Assembly: GCA_000934665.2 (NCBI GenBank)
Contig: JYFJ02000610.1
Span: forward strand, 62,001-118,736
Origin: Catajapyx aquilonaris
Taxonomy: Eukaryota
Length of the DNA stretch: 56,736 nt
Reading direction: 5' to 3'
Shown here: piece after piece, positions 14,324 through 26,316 of the stretch
How positions within the stretch are numbered: position 1 is the stretch's first letter
How the letters are laid out: each line of letters starts with the position of its first letter
Program-made: the position numbers and the translations under genes
The notes under the pieces: model-generated
What the model saw: only the letters and a program-made list of their open reading frames with translations
What the model was told of the DNA's origin: nothing
Databases searched by the model: none

Positions 14324-15456
14324 TCAGAGTGAGATGGGACACTTCGGAAATCCTGTGATGCAATCACTCCCCTTCCTCCCTTCCCTCATGGCCATAAGTC
14401 CATCTGACACGGTGTGACCTTCCAACCAAAAGGCCAGCACCAACCCAACCAGGTACGACAGGAGGGACTTGACCACACTCCTCTGCACCGACGTCCTCTG
14501 GCTGGACTCGCACAGAAGACGTAACGCACAATCCGGACTCTCTGACTGATGCATGAAGATGGTCAGGGCATCCAGGGCTATCTGGACAATGTCGTTCACA
14601 TGGTCACCCAGTTCACCCCATCCAGGTAGCTCAGTCGAACGTCTGAAAAGGTCATAGCAGTCAGCTGTTGATGGGGTGCGCCTCCCCCCCCCCTCCCCCC
14701 CAACATGCATTTTTTTTTTTTGTAGATACCAGTATGACCCCCATTTAACTGGGGTCCCAACCACCTTCAAACACTGATAAGCCACCCATTTCCTTCTAGA
14801 CCTCCTATCGAAGCAGACATGCCTCACATCATCATCTACCGCAAGTGGTCCTCCTGGTTGAGCCCAGCTGACATTCAGTACATCATCGAAGGACTGACCG
14901 AAGATGAGAAGGTCATACTGTGCGACCGACTTGGAGGACAGTGGTTGCCCATAGCCTCGGACAACCAATACCTACTGGAGTTCCAGGGCAACCAAAGACT
15001 CTGCACTATTGGAAAGATGCTGACCCTCCTGGAACAATTGGGGTATTGTCTGTCCTCATCGTGCGCGTACTCCGAAGGATTTCAACGGAAATTTTGTGCT
15101 TTGTGGACAATGTGGAAGCCACTGGATACACAGCAGGTATGGTCATGTGTCACCATATGTGTATATGAAATGATTTGGGTTTATTGTTTGCAGCCTGCAT
15201 TTCGATCGAGTGTAATACACACCACAACTAACGGCTCTTCACAGGTGAGTACATGTCCAGTATTGTTAACAAGTTGCTAACAATACTATTTTCAGCCTGT
15301 GACCAATTTTACGGCCTAGTGGATTTTACTAAATTTTAATCGTACTCCCTACCTTGTAAATTGCAAGTTGTTGAAACCAGCATCGTCAGTCGGTAGGGCC
15401 AGAAGATGTCTGAAGTACACCACGATGACCAGTCCTGAATATGTGACCCTTCGCAT
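14324..15456 (-). CDS. Small putatively secreted Cys-motif protein (DM4/DM12-like, ~140 aa); exons 15456-15353, 14642-14324
   Basis: Exon 1 MRRVTYSGLVIVVYFRHLLALPTDD... is signal-peptide-like and ends AG|GTAGG in phase 2. It joins the acceptor CTTTTCAG|A at 14642. The last exon has PDCALRLLCE...DCITGFPKC. A minus-strand AATAAA lies near 14250. The family label comes from motif resemblance only. Confidence 0.55.
14819..15319 (+). CDS. GFRP-like small protein (GTP cyclohydrolase I feedback regulator-like fold, ~130 aa); exons 14819-15136, 15194-15244, 15296-15319
   Basis: The MPHIII start and ...MLTLLEQLGYCLSS...LWTMWK resemble the GFRP pattern (MPYLLI...VLDKLERRGFRVLS...VWCLHK). There are two short phase-0 GT-AG introns. 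Confidence 0.55.
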
Positions 15457-15734
15457 CTTTTGTACCGGTACTGCAATAAAATGACAACACAAAAGTCGTG
15501 TCCTTCCTCCCAGATTTTTTTACCTGTTCTACAAAGATCTGAATTGCTGCACACTGATTCAGTAATTACGGTATGGTCTGGTGGACAATGCATAAGAAGA
15601 TTATGATATCGCAGGTAAGGAGGTTGAGGTCTGTTGATTTTTCCACTAACCGGAAACGGAGGACGTCGAACCCTCTTCCTTCTTTTAGACGCCTAGATAC
15701 ATTTGAAACCGTATTTTATTTGCCACTGTACATG

Positions 15735-17190
15735 CTAAGTAAAATCAGGATCTATGATGTCTATGAGGCAATGAGGAAACAGTAGCTCACAGCTCATCTT
15801 GGAGTTCAGCTTGATCCTTCGTGCTGCTTGTTCAGCTTCCTTGGCCGTGAAACCCAGGATCCATCTGTAATATGAGGATGGTCAAACGGGGGTCAAAGTG
15901 TACTGGACCGTATGTACCGTAGGAGCTGCATCAGCAGTGGTGGAGGTGATGCTGTGAATCTCTGAGCACGACATAAAACACGACCTCCACAGTCTGGATG
16001 GGTGTATTTCTGCTGAAGAGCGTTGGTCACCAGATAGGTCAACTCCTCCAGAGGTTTTTTGGGTGAATCCCAATGTGCTTTGGCTGTGGCTGTGGGTGTA
16101 CCGCCTGTACCGCCTGTCGTGGTCATCATCGCTCCTTTCTTAGCCTGCAGCTTGGTGATGAATTTCTGAAATATCACATGTAGGTGTAGGCGGTGTACGT
16201 GTACGTGCACCTGTACGTGTAGGTGCACCTGTACATGTACGTACGTGGTGCACCGTGTGGTGACGTGTATAGGTGTACTGTACGTGTAGGTGTACGTGTT
16301 CGTGTAGGTGCACCTGTACGTGTAGGTGCACGTATACATGGTGTACGTGTACGTGGTGCACCGTGTGGTGACGTGTTGGTGTACTGTACGTGTTGGTGTA
16401 CGTGCACCTGTACGTGTACGTGGTGCACCGTGTGGTGACGTGTTGGTGTACGTGTTCGTATAGGTGATCAGGTCTTGACTAAGGTCTGGGGACGGAAGTC
16501 TGTGGTTTTACTGTAGCTGTGGGGACCAGTTCCAATTGTGGGGACATTTGTCGGTCCCCACAGTCTCACACACGCGAAGTGTACCATTACAGTGGGGACA
16601 TGTGTAAATTAGTGGGGACATGTCCCCACTATTTTCATTTGTAGGGTTTCACAAAAGTCAATTTTTCTCAGCCTGGGTTACTTAGGGTAGGGTAGGTTAG
16701 GTAGGGTAGGTTAGGTTAGGTTAGGTTAGGTTAGATCAGTTTACACTCGCAGTGAAAAGTGATCAATGTCCGTCCCCACGCCTTAGTCAAGACAAGAGTG
16801 TGTGCACCTGTACGTGTACGTGGTGTACCGTGTGGTGACGTGTAGGTGTACGTGTTCGTGTAGGTGCACCTGTACGTGTAGGTGGTGCATCGTCTGGTGA
16901 ACACCACACCTTAATCATCCCACACTTACCTTGATCAGGTCAATTAGGCAGACAGCAAAGGTCAGAAAAGCTAGTCCAATCAGTGCTGCATCCATTGTCG
17001 GAAACTTCTTGTCACCTCGAGCCATCCCAGCCTCCCTCATCTCTGCAACACACTCATGTGAATCAACAGTTGTGACACTTACAGTCAACTTACCCAAAGA
17101 CATGAATCTCTCTGAGAAATCCAGTTCAGGCTTGGACGTTTGAGGTGCTCCGATAAACAGAAGAGTGACAACCAACAAGAGTCGATCCAT
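15735..17190 (-). CDS. Signal peptide + hydrophobic helix + Cys-motif protein (DM4/DM12-like, ~212 aa); exons 17190-16930, 16165-15918, 15864-15735
   Basis: MDRLLLVVTLLFIGA is a likely signal peptide and AALIGLAFLTFAVCLIDLI a hydrophobic helix. HPDCGGRVLC...SCELLFPHC has cysteine spacing like the neighbouring gene. Splice sites are phase-consistent GT-AG. Confidence 0.65.
16180..16885. repeat. GTAC/GTGCAC-rich minisatellite interrupted by a TIR element (16472-16793) containing (TTAGG)n
   Basis: TIRs GTCTTGACTAAGG...CCTTAGTCAAGAC and a TTAGG run at ~16682-16734. The whole block lies within an intron. Confidence 0.8.
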
Positions 17191-17934
17191 GGCACTATTG
17201 ATGGTTGGAACCCGCCACCTTGGAGGACAATAAACCGACTAAAGAGGAAACAGTGAAAGTCAGCGCCACGTGTTGGTAGAGACTCCCTAATTTTTGTGAT
17301 GGCATGAGAAGATGTCACGGTGTCTGCCACTTGTCATGGGCTGAAGACCATGACCATTGCTTCCTGATTTGAATTTTCCGTGTTGTTTCCCACATTTTTA
17401 TGCAGCAGGATGTCATTAGCAGTCACGTACATTGTTGCGTCAAAAGGAGTCTCATTACTAATTGAACAAGGTAGATAACGATGTTCTTACGAAAATGCTA
17501 CTTGGCTATTGATATGACAAGGGTCCAAATGGGGGGGCTTAAAGGGTTATCTTGTTCCGCAACAGTAGATAAGACGTATCTAGGCTGGGTTGGTCAGCCT
17601 GTAATTTGATGATTGTTTCATGCAAAGGGGACGGTGAATTATTAAGTGCGACATGGGTCATTTGTTGGTATCTGATCAATATGGCATCCTCTGGGTATAC
17701 TGCCCATCACCAACTTACGATACTGGTAACCCCTGTACCATTCGCCTGCACATTACAACATATTGAATCAGGAATAATAAATCAAACAATAACGCAATTG
17801 TTATCGTACTTATATGTGGAAATATTTTATTTAATATACAATAATATCGATAATAGTGGGAGTCAAATTTGTGAACAAACTGTGAACAAAATAGTGCCTT
17901 CTATTGAGTAACATTGTTCCATTGAATAGCTAAA

Positions 17935-18103
17935 TACAGTCCCGATCATAAAGTCGGAGACGGCAGCTCTCCTCTCTGCCAATACAGTAGTTATAAATAC
18001 ACGAACATATGCCTAAAAGCAGCTATAACTCGGTCCAAAAATAGTCCATTAATTTAAGTCGGATACCCGCATCAGTGTCTCCAACTTTATGCTCGGGACT
18101 GTA
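17935..18103. mobile_element. Tc1/mariner-like MITE just 3' of the first IR
   Basis: TA|CAGTCCCGATCATAAAGTCGGAGAC...GTCTCCAACTTTATGCTCGGGACTG|TA. Confidence 0.72.
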
Positions 18104-18138
18104 CGTCGATACTATCGTAATTATAACCGTTTGATAAC

Positions 18139-20145
18139 TCACTGATAATAGTTAACCAACATATTCCCATACATTTTCTTCATTCTGGATCGACATCGAA
18201 AAATCTCACCCAAAAATAGTAAGATGCTGAGTACCATAAAGCCACAATGCATCACCAGAGGACCTTTCAACTGACTCACTTTAAGAGCCATTGACAATTT
18301 ATATGACAAATTCTTAGCACGAGCATTTTTTAACTCCATAACTGAACAAGCATGTTGAAAATCTTTTGAAAATTTTTCCAACAATCCACTCTGAACTAAG
18401 TAATATTGTTGTCTCTTCACAATATTGTTCAGTAGTGAGTACTTGTTGACAGATGTCCCTCCAATAATTGTGATTGAAGTGTCATCAACAGCCACTTCAA
18501 TTGGTATACTCCCTTCAAGATCCATTTTCATGTAACCCACAGCATACAGGATATCAGGAAAAGAAAAGCAACTAAAATCTTCCTCAATCGCACGTGTAAG
18601 ACAAGCAAACATATCTTTCCCATCCTGCATTCCTTCAGCCATTGTATGATGAAAATCCAATTCAGAAGATTCAGTCACCATCTTGATATAAGGAGCCATA
18701 AAATCTATAGCACCCCATTGCCAATTGGGCCATGTACCCATTTCCTTAATATCATTAGGAAGTACTTCCATATCAGGTGATACCAAAAATCCAAAAAATT
18801 TTGCTTCATACCCACAGATAATTACTTCAGCAAATAACCACCAGAAACATATTAGAACTCTGAGGGAATCGCCAGTTGGTATTAAGTTAGGATTTTCTTC
18901 AATTAGAGCTGAGAATATATATCGAGCAGAATAGAGCACAATAGATTCAGGCGGATTTTCATCATCAGGAAATGGATATGTCATAGTGTACTGACACTTC
19001 AGAAGGAATAGAAACACTAGGGATGTCATAAAAGCTGTGATCATAATACTACACCACATAGTGTCAGTGTATGGCTTGAAGATGGCGATCCATGAGAACA
19101 AAGGACGTGGTAGTCTTCTGGCGTATGTTATTGTTGTGATGTAGAAACAATTGGGGATGTCCACCACACTTAAGGTCTTGTCTGATCCAAATCCTCCTCC
19201 AATCACAGCTTCCTTTCTAGCCACTGCTCCTATCATACCTGTCCAGTTACCATCAGGTAGTTGGACATCCTGATCCTGTCCGGGTATTTCAGGAGGTGCA
19301 TCTAGATGCCAGTCAAAGTTCATGTGCTCACCCATTAGTAGGAAGATCATCAGAAAGGGTATGACAGGCAGACCTTCTTCGATCAGGAAGCGAAGTTCAT
19401 CAGGAGATGTTTCGATGAAGACAGAGATGTTCAGATGTCGTCCATGTAGGTTGTCCGAATAGTCAGGGTATAGGACTAGGTCATGTGGGGTCACACCGGT
19501 GTTTAGGTGGTAATCTCCACGGTCAACAATCTTCGGGTTTCCGTTGTCGCAATAGTGACAGTTGCTGATGATTTCGATGCCTTTTGACGGTTGGTCGTAC
19601 ACTGCTCCTAGTTGATGCAGAAACTCGTACTCGGGTTCCATCATCGCAGTTTTGATGTCCGAATCGGGGCTGAAGTACAGGAACTTGTCCCATCTAGGGT
19701 TCATCCTGACCACTGTCGCTGTGTGTTTCAGTACCGGATCAAAATGACCATCGTGGTACATCATGACGAAGAGGATGCAGTTGGCGATGAACTTTGATGT
19801 TGGTCGTTCCAACCAGGAGAACCAGTACTCGAAGGCATTGTCCGCACCGGTGAATGGCGGTGGAGGTACGACCGAATCGGACCAACGTATGGGTACGACA
19901 GTGCTACCGGATTCGCTGATGTGTTGAAGCATCACCGAAAATTCAATCGGTAATATTTTGTAATCATGGGACACCACCACCACACAATCCTCTTCGTCTG
20001 ATTGAATCTTCTCAACCAATCCAGCCAACATTTGTTCAGGTTCGTTGATACGGATGGAGTGTGACAACGAAGGTGCTGTAGCCATGCTGTCAGTTATGGC
20101 CAAAATGATAACAATGGGCAACAATCCCCTGAATGTCCCACCCAT
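18139..20145 (-). CDS. Divergent ionotropic receptor (IR/iGluR-like), intronless, 668 aa
   Basis: Signal peptide, S1 motif PDGNWTGMIGAV, IFKPY..MW before M1, pore loop, M2/M3 region LRVLICFWWLF...YEAKFFGFL, and C-terminal TM after LKVSQLKG. Confidence 0.92.
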   Translation of the reverse strand: MGGTFRGLLPIVIILAITDSMATAPSLSHSIRINEPEQMLAGLVEKIQSDEEDCVVVVSHDYKILPIEFSVMLQHISESGSTVVPIRWSDSVVPPPPFTGADNAFEYWFSWLERPTSKFIANCILFVMMYHDGHFDPVLKHTATVVRMNPRWDKFLYFSPDSDIKTAMMEPEYEFLHQLGAVYDQPSKGIEIISNCHYCDNGNPKIVDRGDYHLNTGVTPHDLVLYPDYSDNLHGRHLNISVFIETSPDELRFLIEEGLPVIPFLMIFLLMGEHMNFDWHLDAPPEIPGQDQDVQLPDGNWTGMIGAVARKEAVIGGGFGSDKTLSVVDIPNCFYITTITYARRLPRPLFSWIAIFKPYTDTMWCSIMITAFMTSLVFLFLLKCQYTMTYPFPDDENPPESIVLYSARYIFSALIEENPNLIPTGDSLRVLICFWWLFAEVIICGYEAKFFGFLVSPDMEVLPNDIKEMGTWPNWQWGAIDFMAPYIKMVTESSELDFHHTMAEGMQDGKDMFACLTRAIEEDFSCFSFPDILYAVGYMKMDLEGSIPIEVAVDDTSITIIGGTSVNKYSLLNNIVKRQQYYLVQSGLLEKFSKDFQHACSVMELKNARAKNLSYKLSMALKVSQLKGPLVMHCGFMVLSILLFLGEIFRCRSRMKKMYGNMLVNYYQ

Positions 20146-21400
20146 CTTACTGTCACCAAGTATGACAAGTTGTGAGTCTTACAGGCTGACCCTATACGTC
20201 TTGCCAAATCCTCAAGCCTATTTTGAACTATGAAATTCATAGAAGCCGCCCACTTCAGCTCGTCTTACAAGGAAAATGTCCAATTTCTGGTCATTACTGA
20301 GAGCTATTTGACTATGTAAGACGTAATAAAGGTCATATTGCTTTACTGCACTTTTGTCTATGAGATTAGGTCATCAGTTACACAATGCTATTATTTTGGT
20401 GTATGTAAAAAATTTTTTTAAGATGTTCACAGTTTTTTAAAATTGTTTATTTATTTACGTTATACGTTATTACGCGATAGGGTCATTTATGGGGGTGGAA
20501 TACCACCATCCTTCAATTTTTTTTGTATTTTTGTATTTTTACATTACCTTAGGATTATTACAGTGTAATTTTTTTTACTGGCATAGCCCGAGAGTGGCAC
20601 TGATGTCACAATGGCAACAATGACTTGCACTAGTTACGGCAATAAACTTATTTAACAATTAAAGGCAATGTCAGTGCCATTTCCTGGCGTAATAAATCAT
20701 ATTTACCATTTTTCATTACAGTAACAATTTATTATCATAAACAAGGACGTGTCAAGACTTGTCCAAATAAAATGGCCAGTCAGAATTGACAATAATGACA
20801 TCATTTACATAAAACACATAAATAAAAACCACAGCGTAAATATTCACATAAATTTTGTGACATTTATTATTATTATTATTTACCCCATGATAGGGCTGAG
20901 CCATTTTAGAGGGGAAGGGGAGGTTCCCAAGGGAGGGCGCTGAAATACATCAGACCTTTTCTCCTGGCCCTGGCCAGAGTAGGGAGTGCAATTCTGCCCT
21001 GGCATGTCGGGTGAAAATCGAATTTTTTTGACATTTTCTCCGCCACATAATTTATTTTATAAACATATTAAACATTGTATATTTAACTACATACATAATT
21101 TACAACAATGCATATGTAAATGCAGATTTAAATTTGTATGAATTGTATCAAACCCGAACTTATTTTTTAAAAACTATATGTCATTTCAATGCCATGGGCG
21201 TACCTCACATGCTCAAGAAGTATGGACACTATCATTATTGTCACAATTTCCCAATAATAAGAACCACAGATATGGATATGAAGGGAGCCCGATAACTCTG
21301 ACACTGTGTACATTCCTTTCGCAATGTCACAGGTTAAATTGAGCAAACATGAGTAAAGTGTAGGTTTCAACCATATGTGGAAATCACGCATGTATCACCA

Positions 21401-21435
21401 TATAAAGAGACCTCGTTGACCGAATTTGTTCAGTC
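21401..21435 (+). promoter_or_regulatory. TATA box and initiator of the second IR
   Basis: TATAAAGA at 21401 and arthropod Inr TCAGTC at ~21430, canonical spacing, just upstream of the ATG. Confidence 0.6.
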
Positions 21436-21446
21436 AGCTTACAACC

Positions 21447-23444
21447 ATGCTGTGCGTTCTGTTCATCTTGTATGTGGCTACAGCCGTTGCCCAAAACACC
21501 TCAACTTTGACCTTAACGTATCAGCATCCTGAAAAATACAAGGTGTTAGTGCCCCTTCTGAAGACAGCAATCCACAACGAACGGTCATGGTCGAGGTCAG
21601 AGTGTATGCTGGTGATTGGACATGACCACGCCGTACTTCCAGGACTGTTGAACGACTGGCTGAACGAAGTTTCATCATCAGGAGGTGTCGCCCTACCAAT
21701 CAAATGGGACCCAACAACACCTGACCCCCAACCTAACTCAGGTCATAATAATATCTTCGAATACTGGTTCTCCTGGTTAGAACGTCCTACAAGTCGAAAG
21801 CTCTTCAACTGTCTCGACGTGGTGTTGATCAACCACAACAATGAGAACTTCCTCCGGATGATCAAGTACATCGCCAGTATTGTTAGTATGGACCCTAGAG
21901 AGAACAGACTGATATTCTTCAATCCGGATGGTGATGTACAAAGTGCTATGATGGACCACATACCCGAATATGAGTTTCTATACAAGATGGGACTAGTGTA
22001 TGAGGAAGATTCAGGTGACCTGAAGATTCTGAACAAGTGTCACTTTTGTAATGGAGGTAAGCCGACTATTGAAGATAGAGGGACATACTCTCTGAAGCAT
22101 GGTTTGACACCCCAGAAACTCAAGCTGTTTCCGGATTACTCTACTAATATGGAAGGTGCACACTTAAATATTTCATTTGTCGTTGAGACCAACCCAGAGG
22201 ATGTTAAGTACATGTTTGAGAACAACCTCCCCATTTTCCCATACGTATTCATGTTCTGGGATGCTGGATTGTTGTACAACTTTGATTGGCATTTCGAGTC
22301 ACCTCCTGAGGTTGAAGGTGTTGATGATGAGACCAGATTACCAGATGGAAATTGGACCGGTTTGGTAGGTACCTTACAACAACGACATTCCTCAATGGCC
22401 GCATGTTACTGCACTAGCTCCAGACTCCTGGTGGCAGATATCCCAACCTGTTTCATCAATGCACCAATCACATTTGTACGACGTGTTCCTCGTCCTTTGT
22501 TCACCTGGACCTCCATTTTTAAGCCATTTACCAACGACATGTGGTCAGCTATACTTGGATCAGCACTGGTAACCACACTAATCTTCCTAGCCATCCTCAA
22601 GTTGCAATACCCTCTGAAGTACCCATTTCCTGAAGAGCTTCAGAAACCCAAATCAGATGTCCTCTACTCCTTCAGATTCATTTTCTCAGCCCTAATTGAA
22701 GAAAATCCTAACCTAATTCCAACTCCATCATCCCTCCGTGTCCTCTTGTGCTTCTGGTGGTTGTTCTCAGATCTGATTGTTTGTGGATATGAAGCCAAAT
22801 TCTTCGGGTTTCTAGTGTCTCCTCAACTTGAGGAACTTCCAAACACCTTCAAAGATATGGCTCATTGGGGCAAGAAATGGGAATGGGGATCTATGGATCT
22901 GATTGCACCTCAGATCAAATCAGCTATCGAACCATCAGAATTGGCATACCACAAGATCATCATTGAAAAGATGCAGGATGGTAAGGATATGACAAGGTGT
23001 GTCAGAAGAGCAATCAAAGAAGACTTCAGTTGTGTATCAGTAGCAGCATTGTTATACGCTGTTGCTTATCAACGTATGGACTTAGATGGTAATCTTCCTG
23101 TAGAAGTCTCATCTGATCAGTCTGTGAACGTGTACGCCGGTATGGCAACTATGAAGTACGCTATAATTGGTCCAGCTATTAAGCGATATGCTCAAAGATG
23201 GGTTTCAGCCGCTATGGAAATGAGATATATGGATTACTTTACATTTTCAATTGTAATAATGAGTTTGAAGGACGCACGTAATGACAAACTTTCTTACAAG
23301 TTGTCGATGGAACTTAAGATTGACCAACTGAAGGGTCCTTTGGTTATGCTAATTGGTTTCTTGGTAATTGCTATGATTGCTTTTGTGGGGGAATTAATTC
23401 ACTTTCGCACGGCAAAGAAGAAGCTTCAGGAGTTGGACGAGTAG
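21447..23444 (+). CDS. Divergent ionotropic receptor, intronless, 665 aa (ATG at 21447, not TTG at 21426)
   Basis: Same architecture (PDGNWTGLVG, FKPFTNDMW, YEAKFFGFL, LKIDQLKG). Paralog of the flanking IRs. Confidence 0.92.
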   Translation: MLCVLFILYVATAVAQNTSTLTLTYQHPEKYKVLVPLLKTAIHNERSWSRSECMLVIGHDHAVLPGLLNDWLNEVSSSGGVALPIKWDPTTPDPQPNSGHNNIFEYWFSWLERPTSRKLFNCLDVVLINHNNENFLRMIKYIASIVSMDPRENRLIFFNPDGDVQSAMMDHIPEYEFLYKMGLVYEEDSGDLKILNKCHFCNGGKPTIEDRGTYSLKHGLTPQKLKLFPDYSTNMEGAHLNISFVVETNPEDVKYMFENNLPIFPYVFMFWDAGLLYNFDWHFESPPEVEGVDDETRLPDGNWTGLVGTLQQRHSSMAACYCTSSRLLVADIPTCFINAPITFVRRVPRPLFTWTSIFKPFTNDMWSAILGSALVTTLIFLAILKLQYPLKYPFPEELQKPKSDVLYSFRFIFSALIEENPNLIPTPSSLRVLLCFWWLFSDLIVCGYEAKFFGFLVSPQLEELPNTFKDMAHWGKKWEWGSMDLIAPQIKSAIEPSELAYHKIIIEKMQDGKDMTRCVRRAIKEDFSCVSVAALLYAVAYQRMDLDGNLPVEVSSDQSVNVYAGMATMKYAIIGPAIKRYAQRWVSAAMEMRYMDYFTFSIVIMSLKDARNDKLSYKLSMELKIDQLKGPLVMLIGFLVIAMIAFVGELIHFRTAKKKLQELDE

Positions 23445-23841
23445 TTATACTCAATTAAATAGTTTTCAGTCGATATTAGAACACTGCTCACTGTGTGTAA
23501 TTGCTTATTGTTGTCTCAGTTAACCGTAGTATTTTGGGCGCTTCAATGTACCTGTGTCAGTGCAATAATTGGTAGCCTACACAGAGTTGACTTGTCCATA
23601 TTTAAAAATTTAAGTAAATATTAGTAGGCACTGGCCATTAGCCTGAAGTACTATATTATTGTAATGTGTTATTATTGTCGTATTGTATTACTTTAAGGTA
23701 TTATTATTGTACCCTAGTATTACCGGTACCTTATTATCTGTTATTGTATTGTAATATTTTATTATGTTGCATTATTTTTAAATCATTGCATTATTATTGG
23801 TATAATTATTATTGCAGCATTGTGTTAGTACAGTACACTTA

Positions 23842-24175
23842 CTATATAGCTGCGGCACCCGGCGTTGCCCGGGAAGAAATGAATGAAGGGAAAACACCTG
23901 CCAGTACCCCCGTCAACTGTCTGTCTTTCTGTGTGTCCGGCCACCAATGCCATCTGTGGTCCTGCTACTCCAACACCTTCAACCTCTCCCGCCTGTATAA
24001 CGGCAACCGTCATTTGCCTGCCATCTGTAGTCAACCCCCAACACCTCCATCCTCTCCCGGCCTGGGGGTGGATCACAGATGGCAGGCAAATGACGATTGG
24101 CAGGCGGACAGACAGACAAAGAGGCAGACACAGAGACAGACAGACAGACTCACAAACAGCTTTATTTATATAGAT
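23842..24175 (+). mobile_element. Non-autonomous Helitron/Helentron-like repeat; second copy at ~52155-52620 with an internal duplication
   Basis: Starts TATAGCTGCGGCACCCGGCGTTGCCCGGG and ends with (CAGA)n plus TTTATTTATATAG. The two copies are nearly identical. The class is inferred from structure. Confidence 0.6.
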
Positions 24176-24857
24176 TGTATTGTAATATTTTCATTGCATT
24201 ATTATTGGTATAATTATTGTAGCATTGTGTTAGTACAGTACACTTACTATACTATGTATGTATGTTGCACACACCTTCTGGCCTCACAAATAAAATATTT
24301 CAATATTGGCAATCACCCAACTAGCAGCGTTATTATTTACCTTGTAACATTTCAGAACACCTTGTGGGCTGTACGTATACACTTATGTCGTGAGTAAACT
24401 ATTCATAATGTTCATAATAATAGTGCACTCAACTATGTTCAGCTTGTTCCTTATCGCTCTTCCGTGTGTGGTTAGAAAAATGTTCCTTGCAGGGCATATC
24501 CTTTCAGCTTATTATATGCACAAAATAATATTCCATAAGCCACATAATGTCACTATTTCTTGCGATATTTAAGTCTCACAGTTTTGCTGAACTTTCCACA
24601 AATTGGGCACTGCATATGGAGGAATTTGCATAATATTTCGGAGTGCATTTTACTGATCAGATGGTCAACCTGCAATAGCAGCGATGCATAGATGACCACC
24701 GTCCACTAGAGCTGGAAGAAAATGGGTGGTCTAACAGTACTTGAAATAATAATAATAATAATTATTATTATTATTATTATTACAGTAACTTTGCTTGAAA
24801 CTAATCTGAGCAATTACAAGCTACTAATAGTGTAATTAATTAATTAATTAATTAATG

Positions 24858-25395
24858 GGGAGGTGTGGTGGCCGAGATGGCAACGTCTCGGCTTGCTGAG
24901 TGAAAGACCCCAGGTTCGATCCCCGCCTGGGAGTTCCCTTTCGTCTGCGTCAGGTCATCACGGAGTACAATAAATTTTAAAAAATAAAAATAAATTAAAT
25001 AATTGCTATTAATTCCTGACAATATTTTTATTTATTTATATTACCCCGTGATAACCCGATTAGGGTTTATAGGGGAGTGGATTACCACCATTTTAGAGAC
25101 AATTTTCAATTTTACTTCAATCTCCGTGCAAGGACTTTTCGGGATATAGGGTAGGAAAAGGGATTGTTGGGGAGGGGACACTTGTGCTGGTGCATTGTCC
25201 TAGCCTTTGGGCCATGTGCAGTCCCCCAGGAGGTTAGGCAGTCCCCCAGGAGGTTAGGTTGCCAGACACCTCCTTGGTGCAGGTCAGAGACCCTCCCGAC
25301 GCAGGTGAAAGGAAGTTCCCCAGGCGGGGATCGAACCTGGGGCCTTTCACTCAGCAAGCCGAGACGTTACCATCTCGTCCACCACACCTCCCCAA
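24858..25395. mobile_element. Inverted pair of a second tRNA-derived SINE family (~24858-24950 +; ~25140-25393 -)
   Basis: A box TGGCCGAGATGG and B box GGTTCGATCCC occur in both orientations. Confidence 0.65.
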
Positions 25396-26316
25396 TTCCT
25401 GACAATATGCAAAATGGTACGAGCTGGCAATAGCACGGAGATTAGTACTCTAATTAATTTATACCGCTACTGATCTCACCTAATTGATTTAATTCTAACT
25501 CATTAAAATTGCCATCGTTGCTCATATTTTTACCTTAATTGAATACCGTACAGTTGTAAGAGAGTATAAAATAGACTTACCGTTGCAACAGTCACTATCG
25601 TCACTATCATCACTACTATAAACTCAACAGAGGACAGTTCCTGCTTCTCCCACTTCAAGAGCTGCTGTTGTCCTCTCACGACAGCGATTTCCTTTTTATG
25701 GGACAATTTCCTCATTTTTTATTAGGCCTAATGGTGTATACACCCCTCTCTTATCGAGGGGACATCGCTTCTGGATTGGGCCCTCCACACACAGCTTATC
25801 AGTTAAATAGCAGGTTGCAACAATCAAGTAAACATGTCAATAACTAAGCTCAGTATAATTAGTGTCAAAATTTCTAAGTAGTAATTAGCATTTCTCACAT
25901 ACAAGGAAACCACTAAAACCAACCTTATCAACAAAGCAAGAACCACTTATCTCTCCATTTAATCCGGCTTGTTGTTACATGCTATTTCCTCCAGCAATTG
26001 TCAAATCAAAAAAGCAACTTATTAATTTTTCAAAATCTGGGTTTCGCAACCAGGTAGACAAGTTGGATGCAATGCATTATTTGATCAGCCTAATAACCAT
26101 CACTTACTGCCTACTAGAAAACAATCCAAGATAAGACTTAAGAGGTCTCTGTCGCAATCGAGCATTTTGGTTGTTTGTGAGATTCGCCAATGGCCAATAG
26201 GCTCTTCAAATATGTATGAATTCGCCTCGAAACAGTCCACTAATAAAAGGCACTTGGTTGTTCAATATTGTTTAGTTGTGTTGCGAGCAGGTCCAACAGA
26301 GTTCTAAAGACACACC

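Noticed and set aside
14643..14968. N-terminal half of the 214-aa minus-strand ORF
   Set aside because: It crosses poly-A and poly-G tracts, is antisense to the GFRP-like exon, and lies upstream of a clear acceptor at 14643.
16140..16438. His/Val/Thr-rich ORFs
   Set aside because: They are translations of an intronic minisatellite.
23666..24397. 243-aa ORF (and ORFs at 52195-53166)
   Set aside because: They run through low-complexity and dispersed-repeat sequence with no protein features.
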